Shown here: piece by piece, positions 1-17,793 of the stretch
How positions within the stretch are numbered: position 1 is the first letter of the stretch
Layout: each line of letters begins with the position of its first letter
NCBI RefSeq assembly: GCF_050320075.1
Contig: NZ_CP190018.1
Length of the DNA: 64,000 bases
Source: Escherichia coli
Lineage (GTDB): Bacteria > Pseudomonadota > Gammaproteobacteria > Enterobacterales > Enterobacteriaceae
Reading direction: 5' to 3' (one strand)
Notes under the pieces: model-generated
Database searches by the model: none
Seen by the model: the letters and a program-made list of their open reading frames with translations, nothing else
Told to the model about the DNA's origin: nothing
Program-made: the position numbers and the translations under genes

Positions 1-411
1 CGAAAACGTGGACCCGCGGCTTCAGACGTCAGGGCGATCAGATTCGGCAACGCCGCCCCCAGCCCGACACCGGTCATCAGTCGCGCAAAGACCAGTGAGG
101 GGAAATCCCAGGCAATCGCCGTTGCCAGTGAGAACAAACCAAACAGCGCAACTGAGCTAATTAAAATACGCTTACGACCATAACGGTCCGCCAGCATTCC
201 GCCAACCAGCGCGCCGGGTAGCAAACCGAGTATTCCGGCGCTGAATATCCAGCCCATTTGCATTTTATCGAGTGCGAAAGCCTGGGCGATGCCACCCGCC
301 GCAATGCCAGCCGCCTGAAGATCCAGTCCTTCCATCAGAGCGACCAAAAAACAAAGCCCGATAGTCAGCATCAGGCGGGTTGAAGATGATGAAGGGGTAC
401 GAGTCGACATA
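1..411 (-). CDS. mhpT: 3-hydroxyphenylpropionate MFS transporter, N-terminal part (gene runs off the window start)
   Basis: Reverse-strand translation from ATG at 411 gives MSTRTPSSS... with MFS-like hydrophobic segments; position downstream of mhpE matches the mhp operon. Not in the ORF track because no stop lies within the window. Confidence 0.8.
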
Positions 412-504
412 AGATGAACCTCGTTGCGAGTGCAGGTGAATCGCGGCTGATACATTGTCAGCCGCGTAATCAGAACCATTTAATGACTGCCTACGGGCGA
501 AATA

Positions 505-540
<36 letters not shown>

Positions 541-585
541 CGTGCTGGGATGGGCATACAAAATGCACGTTCTCGGCAGTCATCA

Positions 586-1595
586 TTATTTGTTGTTGCG
601 CAGATCCAGCGCCACGTCGACGATCATATCCTCCTGGCCGCCAACCATCCGGCGCTTGCCCAGCTCAACGAGAATATCCACCGCGCTTAAGCCATAACGC
701 GCCGCCGCCGTTTCACAGTGACGCAGGAAGCTGGAGTAAACACCGGCATATCCCAGCGCCAGCGTTTCGCGATCGACTCGTACCGGACGATCCTGCAACG
801 GACGCACCAGGTCGTCAGCGGCATCCATTAACGCATAGAGATCGGTCCCATGCTGCCAACCCAGTTTATCCGCGGCGGCAATAAACACTTCCAGCGGCGC
901 GTTACCTGCGCCCGCCCCCATTCCCGCGAGACTGGCATCGATTCGGTCGCAGCCCTCTTCCACCGCCGCGATAGAGTTCGCCACGCCAAGACTCAGGTTA
1001 TGGTGAGCGTGCATGCCGGTTTGCGTTTCTGGTTTCAGCACTGCTTTCAGGGCGCGGAAACGGTCACGGATATCGCTCATGTTCATCGCACCGCCAGAAT
1101 CCACCACATAAATACAGGTCGCACCGTAGCCTTCCATCAGCTTTGCCTGCTTTGCGAGATTCTCCGGCGTGGTCATATGGCTCATCATCAGAAAACCAAC
1201 GGTGTCCATTCCGAGCTCGCGGGCATACTGAATATGCTGGGCGGAAACATCGGCTTCGGTACAGTGCGTTGCCACACGAACCACCCGCGCGCCAGCCTGC
1301 CAGGCATTTTTCAAATCGTGAATAGTGCCGATTCCAGGCAGCAACAACGTCGCGATTTTGGCGTGCTTCACCACATCCGCCGCCGCTTCAATCCATTCAA
1401 GGTCGCTATGTGTGCCGAAACCATAGTTAAAGCTGGACCCCTGCAAACCGTCGCCATGGGCCACTTCAATCGAATCCACGCGGGCATCGTCCAGTGCTTT
1501 GGCAATCTGGCGGACATTTTCCAGCGAATACTGATGACGAATGGCGTGCATACCGTCACGCAACGTGACGTCCGAGATATAAAGTTTTTTACCGT

Positions 1596-1599
<4 letters not shown>
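586..1599 (-). CDS. mhpE: 4-hydroxy-2-oxovalerate aldolase
   Basis: 337-aa ORF; HMG-CoA-lyase-like aldolase sequence; 4-bp overlap with mhpF. Confidence 0.93.
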
Positions 1600-3361
<1,762 letters not shown>

Positions 3362-4228
3362 TTAAGGGCGTGCGAGGAAATTCAGCACCAGTTGATTGAA
3401 AGCGTCGGCATGTTCCCACTGCGCCCAGTGACCACAGTCGCGGAAGATATGCAGTTCAGAACCGGCAATGCCGGACAGCAGACGCAGACCCGCATCCATC
3501 GGCACAAAGCGGTCGTTGCGCCCCCAGACAATCAGGGTTTGCGCTTTGATTTCCGCCAGACGTGGGCCAAAATCCGGGAACTGTTTCGGATTGGCTTCCA
3601 GGCTCTTAACGAAGTTTTCCAGGTGATCGCGGCGCGACAGCATATTATTCAGGCGCGCTTCAAACAGGGCGTCGGTCAAATCGCTGGTATCAAAAACGAA
3701 GATATCCATCATCAGCTTCAGGTTTTCGATAGTCGGCTGACGATAAAGCTGATTCAGTCGCTTAATACCTTCGGTTGGCATCGGCGTAAACAAACTCATG
3801 CCGCCCGTACCGCCGCCCATCAGCACCAGTTTGCCGACGCGCTCCGGCCAGTTAAGAGTGAACGCCACAGAACTGTGGCCGCCCATCGAGTTGCCCAGCA
3901 GGTGGATTTTGGCGATATCCAGTTGATCCACCACGCTTTTCAGGATTCGCGCATTAAGATCCGATCGCGAACCACTATTAACGATCGAATCGCTCTTACC
4001 CCAACCCGGACAATCCAGCAGGATCACCCGATAGCCCGCCTCTACCAGCGGATCGATATTGCGGCTGAAGTTCGCCCAGCCAGTAGCACCCGGGCCGGAA
4101 CCATGCAGCAGGACAACAGTTTCGTCGCCTTGTCCGCAGTCATTAAAATGGATGCGCAGCGTTTTACCCGCTTCTTCTACATTCAGAAAACGGCTGGTGG
4201 CGGCTTCGGTTTGTGGCTGATAACTCAT
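3362..4228 (-). CDS. mhpC: 2-hydroxy-6-ketonona-2,4-dienedioate hydrolase (alpha/beta hydrolase)
   Basis: ORF 3362..4291; start placed at [14 protein letters not shown] (288 aa) by recalled K-12 N-terminus; GNSMGG nucleophile-elbow motif. Confidence 0.9.
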
Positions 4229-4245
4229 CATCTTCTCCTGCATAT

Positions 4246-5190
4246 TCAGTTCTCTGTTCTGGCGCTTAACGAGCCAAATCCGGCAATCCACTCCGGGATT
4301 GGGCGGTAATAACGCCCTTCGCTACGCCAGTTGCCAAACGCAGAAATAGCGGCAAAAGCGGCGACCCAGGTTTTGATTTCATGTGTCGACTTTCCGGCAA
4401 TGGCGGAAAGCTCTTCGTTACTGACGGCATCCAGTTCCTGTATGCGTCCCTGCTCCAGCAAAGTCATGAACTGGTTATCCCAAATCGGGTTGAGCGGATG
4501 CAGAGTTCTCTGATCCTCAACAAACTTCTCAGCGGCGCTAATCACCCGCTGCTGACGCAATTCACGCTCAGTGGCGGGTAAATCTTTCCCGCTCCCCAAC
4601 AGACGGTCGCGCATATGGGCATCGGCTTTCGCCAGTTCTGGCACCGGCGGCTGATGGGAAAGCCCACCGGACCCAAGGAACAGCACGCGTTTATTGAGAG
4701 TGCTGGTGAAACGTCCAATGGCTTCCCCCAACATGCGGGTACGCTGGAAACCGGGCAGCGGTGTGGCGACACCGTTGATGAACACAGGCAGAACCGGCAC
4801 CTTATCCAGCCCACCGAGCAGGAACTCCAGCGGCTGGGCGAACCCGTGGTCCACCTGCATACAGTAAGAAACGGCAAGATCGATCCCGCTCTTCATGACG
4901 GCATGCGCACAGGCCTCCGCCAGCTCCACAGGCACGGGCAGCTCTCCTGCCGCACTGCCGAAATCACCAATTGCCGTCGCTCCAACGCCTAAACAGAACG
5001 GTGGCATCACGTCATAGAAAAAGCCGTTGTAGTGATCTGGCGCAAACAGCACCACCAGTTCAGGGGAGAAAGCCGCAATACGCTCGCGGGCGCTGGCAAT
5101 CACGCCATTGACCTCATCGAGCACCTCTTGCGCCGGGTCGACATACCCCACCAGCGGCGAGTGGGAAAGACAGTGAAGATAAGCGTACAT
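4246..5190 (-). CDS. mhpB: 3-(2,3-dihydroxyphenyl)propionate 1,2-dioxygenase (extradiol)
   Basis: 314-aa ORF; LigB-type extradiol dioxygenase sequence. Confidence 0.92.
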
Positions 5191-5191
5191 A

Positions 5192-6856
5192 TCAGGCTAC
5201 CTTTTCGACAGAAACGTCGGCATCAGGGCGGGTCAGCGTCATCACCGACGCCAGTTTATTCAGGGTCTTGCCCAGGGTTTGCGGAATGGCGGTGGCGGCA
5301 ACAAAGCGATCCGGGCGCATCACCACCAGCGAAGCATTGTGTTGCGCGAACCAGCTACGCAGGCGACCTTGCGTATCGCCCACGCGTAGTACGCCGTCGT
5401 GGTTATCCTGTGCGGTATGAATTTGCACTTCCGGCACCACCTGAATGAAGCGTGTGCCCAACGCGCGCCACTGCTGGATTTGCTCGTCGCTCATCCCCCA
5501 CAGTGGATTGCATCCCCAGCCAATTACCGCGAAGTTCGCGCCGATCGCGTTATCGAGCAGCGTCACGTCGCCGTTTTCCAGCGTGACTTTCGGCTGAATA
5601 AACATCTTGCCGACCGGAGAGTGCTTCGCTTCGCCCTCACGCACCAGCGCACCGCCGTAATATTGCGGCATCGGCTTGAAGCGCATTTCGAGGAAGTAGC
5701 GTTTTACTGGCGGCAGATAATTCAACAGCCAGGAAACGCCGTCACGTAACGTACCCTGCCAGCGTTTCGGTGGAGCCAGCACGTTGCCCGCCGTCACGGA
5801 CAGGTCAATCATCGCTTTGGCGTGATCGCGACGTTCTTGTTGATAGGTATCGAGCAGCGCATCGCGGGCTTTCCCCTGGATAACCAACGCCAGTTTCCAT
5901 GCGAGGTTAAAGGCGTCGCGCATACCACTGTTATAGCCCTGCCCCTGCCACACCGGCATGATGTGCGCGGCATCGCCCGCCAGCAGTACGCGATCAATAC
6001 GAAAACGTTGCGCCAGTCGCGCGTTGTGGGTGTAGACACGCTGGCGAATCAATTCAACATTGTCCGGATTAGGCAGCACTTTGCTTAACAGCTTGCGCAT
6101 ATTTTGCGGCTCACGCAGCTGTTCTTCGGTTTCTCCCGGCATCACCATAAATTCAAAGCGACGTACCGCATGAGGCAGCGCGGCAGAAACATACGGGCGC
6201 ACCGGATCACAACACAAATAGATATGCGGCGTACTTAACGGATCGTTGGCGATATCTACCACAATCCACTGATTTGGCGCAGTTTTACCTTCAAACGGCA
6301 CATTCAGGGTGCGACGGACAAAACTTGCCCCACCATCACAGGCCACCAGCCACTGGGCTTTGACCGTTTCCCGCTGCCCTTCTGCCGTTTTCAGGTGCAA
6401 GGTCACTTCGTCATCTTGCTGGCTGAAGGCCTCCAGCTCGCGGGAAAACAGGCAGCGCACATTCGGAAAACGCGACAATCCTTCCAGCATCACCGCATCG
6501 ACCTGAGGCTGAATAAAGGCGTTACGGCGCGGCCAGCCAAATTCATCGGTCATTGGCTGAATATCAGCAAAACAGCGACCTTTTGGGGTGAGAAAACGCA
6601 TCGCGTGCCACGGCGTAGTGTGCGGCAGAACATTATCGACCAGGCCAACCGACTGCATGGTGCGCAGCGCCTCGTCATCAATACCAATCGCACGCGGGTA
6701 GTCGATCAACTTATCGAGTTTCTCCACCACCAGCACGTCAATGCCCATCTGGCCGAGATAGTTCGCCATCATCAGCCCGACCGGACCGGCACCAGCGATC
6801 GCCACCTGAACGCTATGGTTAACAGCAGGCTGGATGTCAGGGTGTTGTATTGCCAT
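5192..6856 (-). CDS. mhpA: 3-(3-hydroxyphenyl)propionate hydroxylase (FAD monooxygenase)
   Basis: 554-aa ORF; N-terminal FAD motif [18 protein letters not shown]. Confidence 0.93.
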   Translation of the reverse strand: MAIQHPDIQPAVNHSVQVAIAGAGPVGLMMANYLGQMGIDVLVVEKLDKLIDYPRAIGIDDEALRTMQSVGLVDNVLPHTTPWHAMRFLTPKGRCFADIQPMTDEFGWPRRNAFIQPQVDAVMLEGLSRFPNVRCLFSRELEAFSQQDDEVTLHLKTAEGQRETVKAQWLVACDGGASFVRRTLNVPFEGKTAPNQWIVVDIANDPLSTPHIYLCCDPVRPYVSAALPHAVRRFEFMVMPGETEEQLREPQNMRKLLSKVLPNPDNVELIRQRVYTHNARLAQRFRIDRVLLAGDAAHIMPVWQGQGYNSGMRDAFNLAWKLALVIQGKARDALLDTYQQERRDHAKAMIDLSVTAGNVLAPPKRWQGTLRDGVSWLLNYLPPVKRYFLEMRFKPMPQYYGGALVREGEAKHSPVGKMFIQPKVTLENGDVTLLDNAIGANFAVIGWGCNPLWGMSDEQIQQWRALGTRFIQVVPEVQIHTAQDNHDGVLRVGDTQGRLRSWFAQHNASLVVMRPDRFVAATAIPQTLGKTLNKLASVMTLTRPDADVSVEKVA

Positions 6857-7046
6857 TTCAGTACCTCACGACTCGGACAAAATGCCGTTGCGCGCACAGT
6901 ACAGCGCAACTTATTTTGTTAAAAACATGTAAATGATTTTTTATTGTGCGCTCAGTATAGGAAGGGTGTTTTCGGCTACAATCAAAACATGCCCGAATGT
7001 GCACCAGGTGCACCACGTTGTTTTAAATATATAAATGTCAATTAAT
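6857..7046. promoter_or_regulatory. mhpR-mhpA divergent promoter/operator region
   Basis: AT-rich ~190-bp spacer between divergent mhpA and mhpR; regulatory role inferred from the known mhp system, individual sites not resolved. Confidence 0.5.
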
Positions 7047-7880
7047 ATGCAGAACAATGAGCAGACGGAATACAAAACCGTGCGCGGCTTAACCCGCGGT
7101 CTAATGTTATTAAATATGTTAAATAAACTTGATGGCGGTGCCAGCGTCGGGCTACTGGCGGAACTCAGCGGCCTGCATCGCACCACTGTGCGGCGACTGC
7201 TGGAGACGCTGCAGGAAGAGGGATATGTCCGGCGTAGTCCCTCCGATGATAGTTTTCGTTTGACCATCAAAGTGCGGCAATTAAGCGAAGGATTTCGTGA
7301 CGAACAGTGGATTTCTGCACTGGCGGCCCCGCTGCTGGGCGATCTGTTGCGCGAAGTGGTTTGGCCAACAGATGTGTCCACCCTGGATGTTGATGCAATG
7401 GTGGTACGCGAAACTACCCACCGTTTCAGCCGCTTATCCTTTCACCGGGCAATGGTCGGGCGACGGTTACCGCTTCTGAAAACCGCCTCGGGCCTGACCT
7501 GGCTGGCCTTTTGCCCGGAACAAGAACGCAAGGAATTAATCGAAATGTTAGCCTCCCGCCCCGGTGATGACTATCAACTGGCACGGGAACCGTTAAAGCT
7601 GGAAGCCATTCTGGCGCGCGCGCGCAAAGAGGGTTACGGACAGAACTACCGCGGCTGGGATCAGGAGGAGAAGATCGCCTCTATTGCCGTACCGCTGCAC
7701 AGTGAACAACGGGTGATTGGCTGTCTGAATCTGGTGTATATGGCGAGCGCAATGACCATTGAACAGGCAGCGGAAAAGCATCTTCCGGCGCTGCAACGGG
7801 TGGCAAAACAGATCGAAGAAGGGGTTGAATCGCAGGCTATTCTGGTGGCCGGACGGCGAAGCGGCGTGCATTTACGTTGA
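7047..7880 (+). CDS. mhpR: IclR-family activator of the mhp operon
   Basis: ORF 7035..7880; start placed at MQNNEQTEYKTVRG (277 aa). Confidence 0.9.
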   Translation: MQNNEQTEYKTVRGLTRGLMLLNMLNKLDGGASVGLLAELSGLHRTTVRRLLETLQEEGYVRRSPSDDSFRLTIKVRQLSEGFRDEQWISALAAPLLGDLLREVVWPTDVSTLDVDAMVVRETTHRFSRLSFHRAMVGRRLPLLKTASGLTWLAFCPEQERKELIEMLASRPGDDYQLAREPLKLEAILARARKEGYGQNYRGWDQEEKIASIAVPLHSEQRVIGCLNLVYMASAMTIEQAAEKHLPALQRVAKQIEEGVESQAILVAGRRSGVHLR

Positions 7881-7956
7881 CACCATCGAATGGCGCAAAA
7901 CCTTTCGTGGTATGGCATGATAGCGCCCGGAAGAGAGTCAATTCAGGGTGGTGAAT

Positions 7957-9039
7957 GTGAAACCAGTAACGCTATACGATGTCGCAGAGTATGCCGGTGT
8001 CTCTTATCAGACCGTTTCCCGCGTGGTGAACCAGGCCAGCCACGTTTCTGCGAAAACGCGGGAAAAAGTAGAAGCGGCGATGGCGGAGCTGAATTACATT
8101 CCCAACCGCGTGGCACAACAACTGGCGGGCAAGCAGTCGTTGCTGATTGGCGTTGCCACCTCCAGTCTGGCCCTGCACGCGCCGTCGCAAATTGTCGCGG
8201 CGATTAAATCTCGCGCCGATCAACTGGGTGCCAGCGTGGTGGTGTCGATGGTAGAACGAAGCGGCGTCGAAGCCTGTAAAGCGGCGGTGCACAATCTTCT
8301 CGCGCAACGCGTCAGTGGGCTGATCATTAACTATCCGCTGGATGACCAGGATGCCATTGCTGTGGAAGCTGCCTGCACTAATGTTCCGGCTTTATTTCTT
8401 GATGTCTCTGACCAGACACCCATCAACAGTATTATTTTCTCCCATGAAGACGGTACGCGACTGGGCGTGGAGCATCTGGTCGCATTGGGTCACCAGCAAA
8501 TCGCGCTGTTAGCAGGTCCATTAAGTTCTGTCTCGGCACGTCTGCGCCTGGCGGGCTGGCATAAATATCTCACTCGCAATCAAATTCAGCCGATAGCGGA
8601 ACGGGAAGGCGACTGGAGCGCCATGTCCGGTTTTCAACAAACCATGCAAATGCTGAATGAGGGCATCGTTCCCACTGCGATGCTGGTTGCCAACGATCAG
8701 ATGGCGCTGGGCGCAATGCGCGCCATTACCGAGTCCGGGCTGCGCGTTGGTGCGGATATCTCGGTAGTGGGATACGACGATACCGAAGACAGCTCGTGTT
8801 ATATCCCGCCGTTAACCACCATCAAACAGGATTTTCGCCTGCTGGGGCAAACCAGCGTGGACCGCTTGCTGCAACTCTCTCAGGGCCAGGCGGTGAAGGG
8901 CAATCAGCTGTTGCCCGTCTCACTGGTGAAAAGAAAAACCACCCTTCCGCCCAATACGCAAACCGCCTCTCCCCGCGCGTTGGCCGATTCATTAATGCAG
9001 CTGGCACGACAAGTTTCCCGACTGGAAAGCGGGCAGTGA
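7957..9039 (+). CDS. lacI: lactose operon repressor
   Basis: GTG start giving MKPVTLYDVAEYAGVSYQTVSRVVN...; 360 aa; stop TGA at 9037..9039. One residue near the C-terminus (TTLPPNTQ) differs from the K-12 sequence as I remember it (TTLAPNTQ). Confidence 0.97.
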   Translation: MKPVTLYDVAEYAGVSYQTVSRVVNQASHVSAKTREKVEAAMAELNYIPNRVAQQLAGKQSLLIGVATSSLALHAPSQIVAAIKSRADQLGASVVVSMVERSGVEACKAAVHNLLAQRVSGLIINYPLDDQDAIAVEAACTNVPALFLDVSDQTPINSIIFSHEDGTRLGVEHLVALGHQQIALLAGPLSSVSARLRLAGWHKYLTRNQIQPIAEREGDWSAMSGFQQTMQMLNEGIVPTAMLVANDQMALGAMRAITESGLRVGADISVVGYDDTEDSSCYIPPLTTIKQDFRLLGQTSVDRLLQLSQGQAVKGNQLLPVSLVKRKTTLPPNTQTASPRALADSLMQLARQVSRLESGQ

Positions 9040-9052
9040 GCGCAACGCAATT
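9032..9052 (+). promoter_or_regulatory. lac operator O3
   Basis: ggcagtgagcgcaacgcaatt, overlapping the lacI stop, as in the canonical lac control region. Confidence 0.85.
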
Positions 9053-9074
9053 AATGTGAGTCAGCTCACTCATT
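9053..9074 (+). promoter_or_regulatory. CRP (CAP) binding site of the lac promoter
   Basis: aatgtgagtcagctcactcatt, with the TGTGA...TCACT half-sites. Confidence 0.85.
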
Positions 9075-9087
9075 AGGCACCCCAGGC

Positions 9088-9117
9088 TTTACACTTTATG
9101 CGTCCGGCTCGTATGTT
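9088..9117 (+). promoter_or_regulatory. lac promoter (-35 tttaca, 18-bp spacer, -10 tatgtt)
   Basis: Hexamers at 9088..9093 and 9112..9117 directly upstream of O1. Confidence 0.85.
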
Positions 9118-9123
9118 GTGTGG

Positions 9124-12236
<3,113 letters not shown>

Positions 12237-12242
12237 TAATAA

Positions 12243-13540
<1,298 letters not shown>

Positions 13541-13547
13541 GCAATTA

Positions 13548-13580
13548 ATGTCGGATGCGGCGCGAGCGCCTTATCCGACC
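13548..13580. repeat. REP-like palindrome in the lacY-lacA spacer
   Basis: atgtcggatgcggcgcgagcgccttatccgacc inverted repeat. Confidence 0.6.
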
Positions 13581-13605
13581 AACATATCAGGACGGAATGA
13601 TCGCA

Positions 13606-14217
13606 ATGAACATGCCAATGACCGAAAGAATAAAAGCAGGCAAGCTATTTACCGATATGTGCGAAGGCTTACCGGAAAAAAGACTTCGTGGGAAAACGTT
13701 AATGTATGAGTTTAATCACTCGCATCCATCAGAAGTTGAAAAAAGAGAAAGCCTGCTTAAAGAAATGTTTGCCACGGTAGGGGAAAACGCCTGGATAGAA
13801 CCTCCCGTCTATTTCTCTTACGGTTCCAACATCCATATAGGCCGCAATTTTTATGCAAATTTTAATTTAACCATTGTCGATGACTACACGGTAACAATCG
13901 GTGATAACGTACTGATTGCTCCCAATGTTACTCTTTCCGTTACGGGACACCCTGTACACCATGAATTGAGAAAAAACGGTGAGATGTACTCTTTTCCGAT
14001 AACGATTGGCAATAACGTCTGGATCGGAAGTCATGTGGTTATTAATCCAGGCGTCACCATCGGGGATAATTCTGTTATTGGCGCGGGTAGTGTCGTCACA
14101 AAAGACATTCCACCAAACGTCGTGGCCGCTGGCGTTCCTTGTCGGGTTATTCGCGAAATAAACGACCGGGATAAGCAATATTATTACAAAGATTATAAAG
14201 TTGAGCCTTCAGTTTAA
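13606..14217 (+). CDS. lacA: galactoside O-acetyltransferase
   Basis: ORF 13555..14217; start placed at MNMPMTERI (203 aa); hexapeptide-repeat acyltransferase. Confidence 0.95.
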   Translation: MNMPMTERIKAGKLFTDMCEGLPEKRLRGKTLMYEFNHSHPSEVEKRESLLKEMFATVGENAWIEPPVYFSYGSNIHIGRNFYANFNLTIVDDYTVTIGDNVLIAPNVTLSVTGHPVHHELRKNGEMYSFPITIGNNVWIGSHVVINPGVTIGDNSVIGAGSVVTKDIPPNVVAAGVPCRVIREINDRDKQYYYKDYKVEPSV

Positions 14218-14234
14218 ATAAGCACTGAAATAAA

Positions 14235-14264
14235 TGTCGGATGCGCCACTGGGCACATCCGACA
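14235..14264. terminator. palindromic hairpin between convergent lacA and cynX
   Basis: tgtcggatgcgccactgggcacatccgaca, REP-like inverted repeat downstream of both genes. Confidence 0.55.
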
Positions 14265-14304
14265 ATAATTTACTCTTCCATCATCTGGCGAAACAAGCGT
14301 CGCA

Positions 14305-15459
14305 TCATGCCTCTTTGACCCACAGCTGCGGAAAACGTGCTGGTGCAAAACGCAGGGTTATGATCATCAGCCCAACGACGCACAGCGCATGAAATGCCCA
14401 GCCCATCAGGTAATTGCCGCTGATACTACGCAGCACGCCAGAAAACCACGGGGCAAGCCCGGCGATGATAAAACCGATCCCCTGCATAAACGCCACCAGC
14501 TTGCCAGCAATAGTCGGTTGCACAGAGTGATCGAGAGCCAGCAGCAAACAGAGCGGAAATGCGCCACCCAGACCTAACCCACACACCATCGCCCACAATA
14601 CCGGCAATTGCAGCGGCAGCCAGATAAAGCCGCAGAACCCCACCAGTTGTAACGCCAGCGCCAGCATCAAAAGTTTGCGCCGATCCTGATGGCGAGCCAT
14701 AGCAGGCATCAGCAATGCCCCTGCGGCTTGCCCAAGCGTCATCAATGCCAGCAAGGAACCGCTGTACTGCGCGCTGGCACCAATCTCAATATAGAAAGCG
14801 GGTAACCAGGCAATCAGGCTGGCGTAACCGCCGTTAATCAGACCGAAGTAAACACCCAGCGTCCACGCGCGGGGAGTAAATACCACGCGAACCGGAGTGG
14901 TTGTTGTCTTGTGAGAAGAGGCGACCTCGCGGGCGCTTTGCCACCACCAGGCAAAGAGCGCAACAACGGCAGGCAGCGCCCACCAGGCGAGTGTTTGATA
15001 CCAGGTTTCGCTATGTTGAACTAACCAGGGCGTAATGGCGGCACCAAGTCCACCGCCGCCCATCAGAGCCGCGGACCACAGCCCCATCACCAGTGGCGTA
15101 CGGTGCTGAAACCGCCGCTTAATTACCGAAGGCATCACTGCCTGAATGATGCCGATCCCCACTCCACCAAGCAGTGCGCTGCTAAGCAGCAGCGCACTTT
15201 GGGGGTAAAGCTCACGCATCAATGCACCGACGGCAATCAGTAACAAACTGATGGCGACGCTGCGACGTTCGCTGACATGCTGATGAAGCCAGCTTCCGGC
15301 CAGCGCCAGCCCGCCCATGGTAACCACCGGCAGAGCGGTCAACAGGGCTGCCACGCTAAAGCTCATTCCACTCGCCTGACGCAATTGCGGTAGCAGTGGT
15401 CCGACGGAGGTGAGCAGTGGTCGCATATTAAGACCAATCAGCACCAGAACCAGCAGCAT
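14305..15459 (-). CDS. cynX: cyanate MFS transporter
   Basis: ORF 14305..15486; start placed at MLLVLVLIGLNMRPL (384 aa); polytopic membrane protein. Confidence 0.9.
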   Translation of the reverse strand: MLLVLVLIGLNMRPLLTSVGPLLPQLRQASGMSFSVAALLTALPVVTMGGLALAGSWLHQHVSERRSVAISLLLIAVGALMRELYPQSALLLSSALLGGVGIGIIQAVMPSVIKRRFQHRTPLVMGLWSAALMGGGGLGAAITPWLVQHSETWYQTLAWWALPAVVALFAWWWQSAREVASSHKTTTTPVRVVFTPRAWTLGVYFGLINGGYASLIAWLPAFYIEIGASAQYSGSLLALMTLGQAAGALLMPAMARHQDRRKLLMLALALQLVGFCGFIWLPLQLPVLWAMVCGLGLGGAFPLCLLLALDHSVQPTIAGKLVAFMQGIGFIIAGLAPWFSGVLRSISGNYLMGWAFHALCVVGLMIITLRFAPARFPQLWVKEA

Positions 15460-15491
15460 CGTGAACGTCTTTTGATGGTCGCGCATGGTTG

Positions 15492-15980
<489 letters not shown>

Positions 15981-15992
15981 TTAAAAATAAGG

Positions 15993-16652
15993 TTACGCTG
16001 CGATCGGTTGGCGTAGCGGTATGGCACAAACGCGAGGATTAGCGGCCAGTGGCACAAACTGGCGGGTTGCGCCGTCAAAAGCTGCGATGCTGCCGCTTTC
16101 AATGTCGTAGACCCAGCCGTGCAGGGCGATCCGCCCCTCTTCGAGCGCCAGGCGCACCGATGGATGAGTTTGCAAATTAGCCAACTGAGCAATGACGTTT
16201 TCACGTACCATCGCCGCAGCTTTTGACGGTAAATCGGGATGCGGGCGCGCCTCATTAACGACGCGGGCTGAATCGGCATAACGCAGCCAGTGAGAGACGG
16301 CAGGCATATGGTCCATGCACTGGCAGCTGGCAATAGCGGTCATTGCGCCACAGTTGGAATGACCGCAAATCACAATGTCAGATACCCGAAGCGCAGCGAC
16401 GGCATACTCCACCGAAGCAGAAACGCCACCGGGTTCCGGCCCGTAGGAAGGGACGATATTGCCCGCGTTGCGAATAACGAACAGATCGCCAGGCTCACGT
16501 TGCGTCACCAGCTCAGGGACCAGACGGCTGTCGGAGCAGGAGATAAAAAGTGTGCGCGGGCTTTGCTGTGTCGCCAGCTGTTTAAACAAGGCTTCCCGCT
16601 TCGGAAATGCCTCGCGCTGGAATTTAAGGAATCCATCAATAATCTCTTTCAC
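15993..16652 (-). CDS. cynT: beta-class carbonic anhydrase
   Basis: 219-aa ORF; CSDSR and HSNCG zinc-ligand motifs. Confidence 0.95.
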   Translation of the reverse strand: MKEIIDGFLKFQREAFPKREALFKQLATQQSPRTLFISCSDSRLVPELVTQREPGDLFVIRNAGNIVPSYGPEPGGVSASVEYAVAALRVSDIVICGHSNCGAMTAIASCQCMDHMPAVSHWLRYADSARVVNEARPHPDLPSKAAAMVRENVIAQLANLQTHPSVRLALEEGRIALHGWVYDIESGSIAAFDGATRQFVPLAANPRVCAIPLRQPIAA

Positions 16653-16761
16653 CGTTAACCTCTGTCTGTCTCTGGAATGAGAGGCAGACTACTCGCCGAT
16701 TGTCATAAGGTAAAAGTCTCATTTATGATGAGTTCTATTGGATTTACTTATAGGTTGGCGA

Positions 16762-17661
16762 ATGCTCTCTCGACATATCAATTACTTTCTTGCCGTGGCT
16801 GAACATGGCAGCTTCACCCGTGCCGCCAGTGCGTTGCACGTCTCCCAACCTGCGCTTTCCCAGCAGATTCGCCAGTTAGAGGAGAGTTTAGGCGTGCCGC
16901 TGTTTGACCGTAGCGGGCGAACGATTCGTCTCACTGATGCAGGAGAAGTCTGGCGACAGTACGCCAGCCGGGCGTTACAGGAACTGGGGGCGGGTAAACG
17001 GGCGATTCATGATGTTGCCGATCTGACGCGAGGATCGCTGCGTATCGCCGTCACTCCCACCTTTACAAGCTACTTTATCGGCCCTTTAATGGCGGATTTC
17101 TATGCGCGCTACCCCGGCATCACGCTCCAGCTACAGGAAATGTCGCAGGAGAAAATCGAAGATCTGCTTTGTCGCGACGAGCTGGACGTTGGGATTGCCT
17201 TCGCGCCTGTGCATTCGCCGGAGCTGGAGGCAATTCCTTTACTGACAGAAAGTTTAGCGTTAGTCGTGGCGCAACATCATCCGCTGGCTGCCTGTGAACA
17301 GGTGGCGTTGAGTCGCTTGCATGATGAAAAACTGGTCCTGCTCAGCGCGGAATTTGCCACCAGAGAGCAAATTGACCACTACTGCGAGAAAGCGGGGCTA
17401 CATCCACAGGTGGTCATTGAGGCGAACTCAATTAGCGCGGTTCTGGAGCTGATTCGCCGCACTTCCCTTTCCACATTGTTACCAGCAGCGATTGCCACAC
17501 AACATGACGGGCTTAAAGCGATTTCTCTTGCCCCGCCACTACTGGAGAGAACGGCGGTTTTGTTGCGGCGGAAAAATAGCTGGCAGACTGCCGCTGCGAA
17601 GGCATTTTTGCACATGGCGTTGGAGGAATGTGCGGATGTTGGCGGAAATGAATCGCGGTAA
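16762..17661 (+). CDS. cynR: LysR-family regulator of the cyn operon
   Basis: ORF 16738..17661; start placed at [22 protein letters not shown] (299 aa); divergent from cynT. Confidence 0.92.
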   Translation: MLSRHINYFLAVAEHGSFTRAASALHVSQPALSQQIRQLEESLGVPLFDRSGRTIRLTDAGEVWRQYASRALQELGAGKRAIHDVADLTRGSLRIAVTPTFTSYFIGPLMADFYARYPGITLQLQEMSQEKIEDLLCRDELDVGIAFAPVHSPELEAIPLLTESLALVVAQHHPLAACEQVALSRLHDEKLVLLSAEFATREQIDHYCEKAGLHPQVVIEANSISAVLELIRRTSLSTLLPAAIATQHDGLKAISLAPPLLERTAVLLRRKNSWQTAAAKAFLHMALEECADVGGNESR

Positions 17662-17677
17662 CCACTGACACAATTGC

Positions 17678-17755
17678 CTGATGCGCTACGCTTATCAGGC
17701 CTACGAGTTCAGTGCTCTACGTAGGCCGGATAAGGCGTTCACGCCGCATCCGGCA
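17678..17755. repeat. tandem REP elements between cynR and codA
   Basis: cctgatgcgctacgcttatcaggcctac followed by ggccggataaggcgttcacgccgcatccggc. Confidence 0.7.
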
Positions 17756-17793
17756 TAAACTACGCTCGCTTTGTCAACACACAGCCCAGCCGA

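Noticed and set aside
3362-4291. Longer mhpC model (309 aa from the first in-frame ATG)
   Set aside because: The extension would overlap the mhpB 3' end; the MSYQPQ start matches the remembered K-12 protein. The true start remains slightly uncertain.
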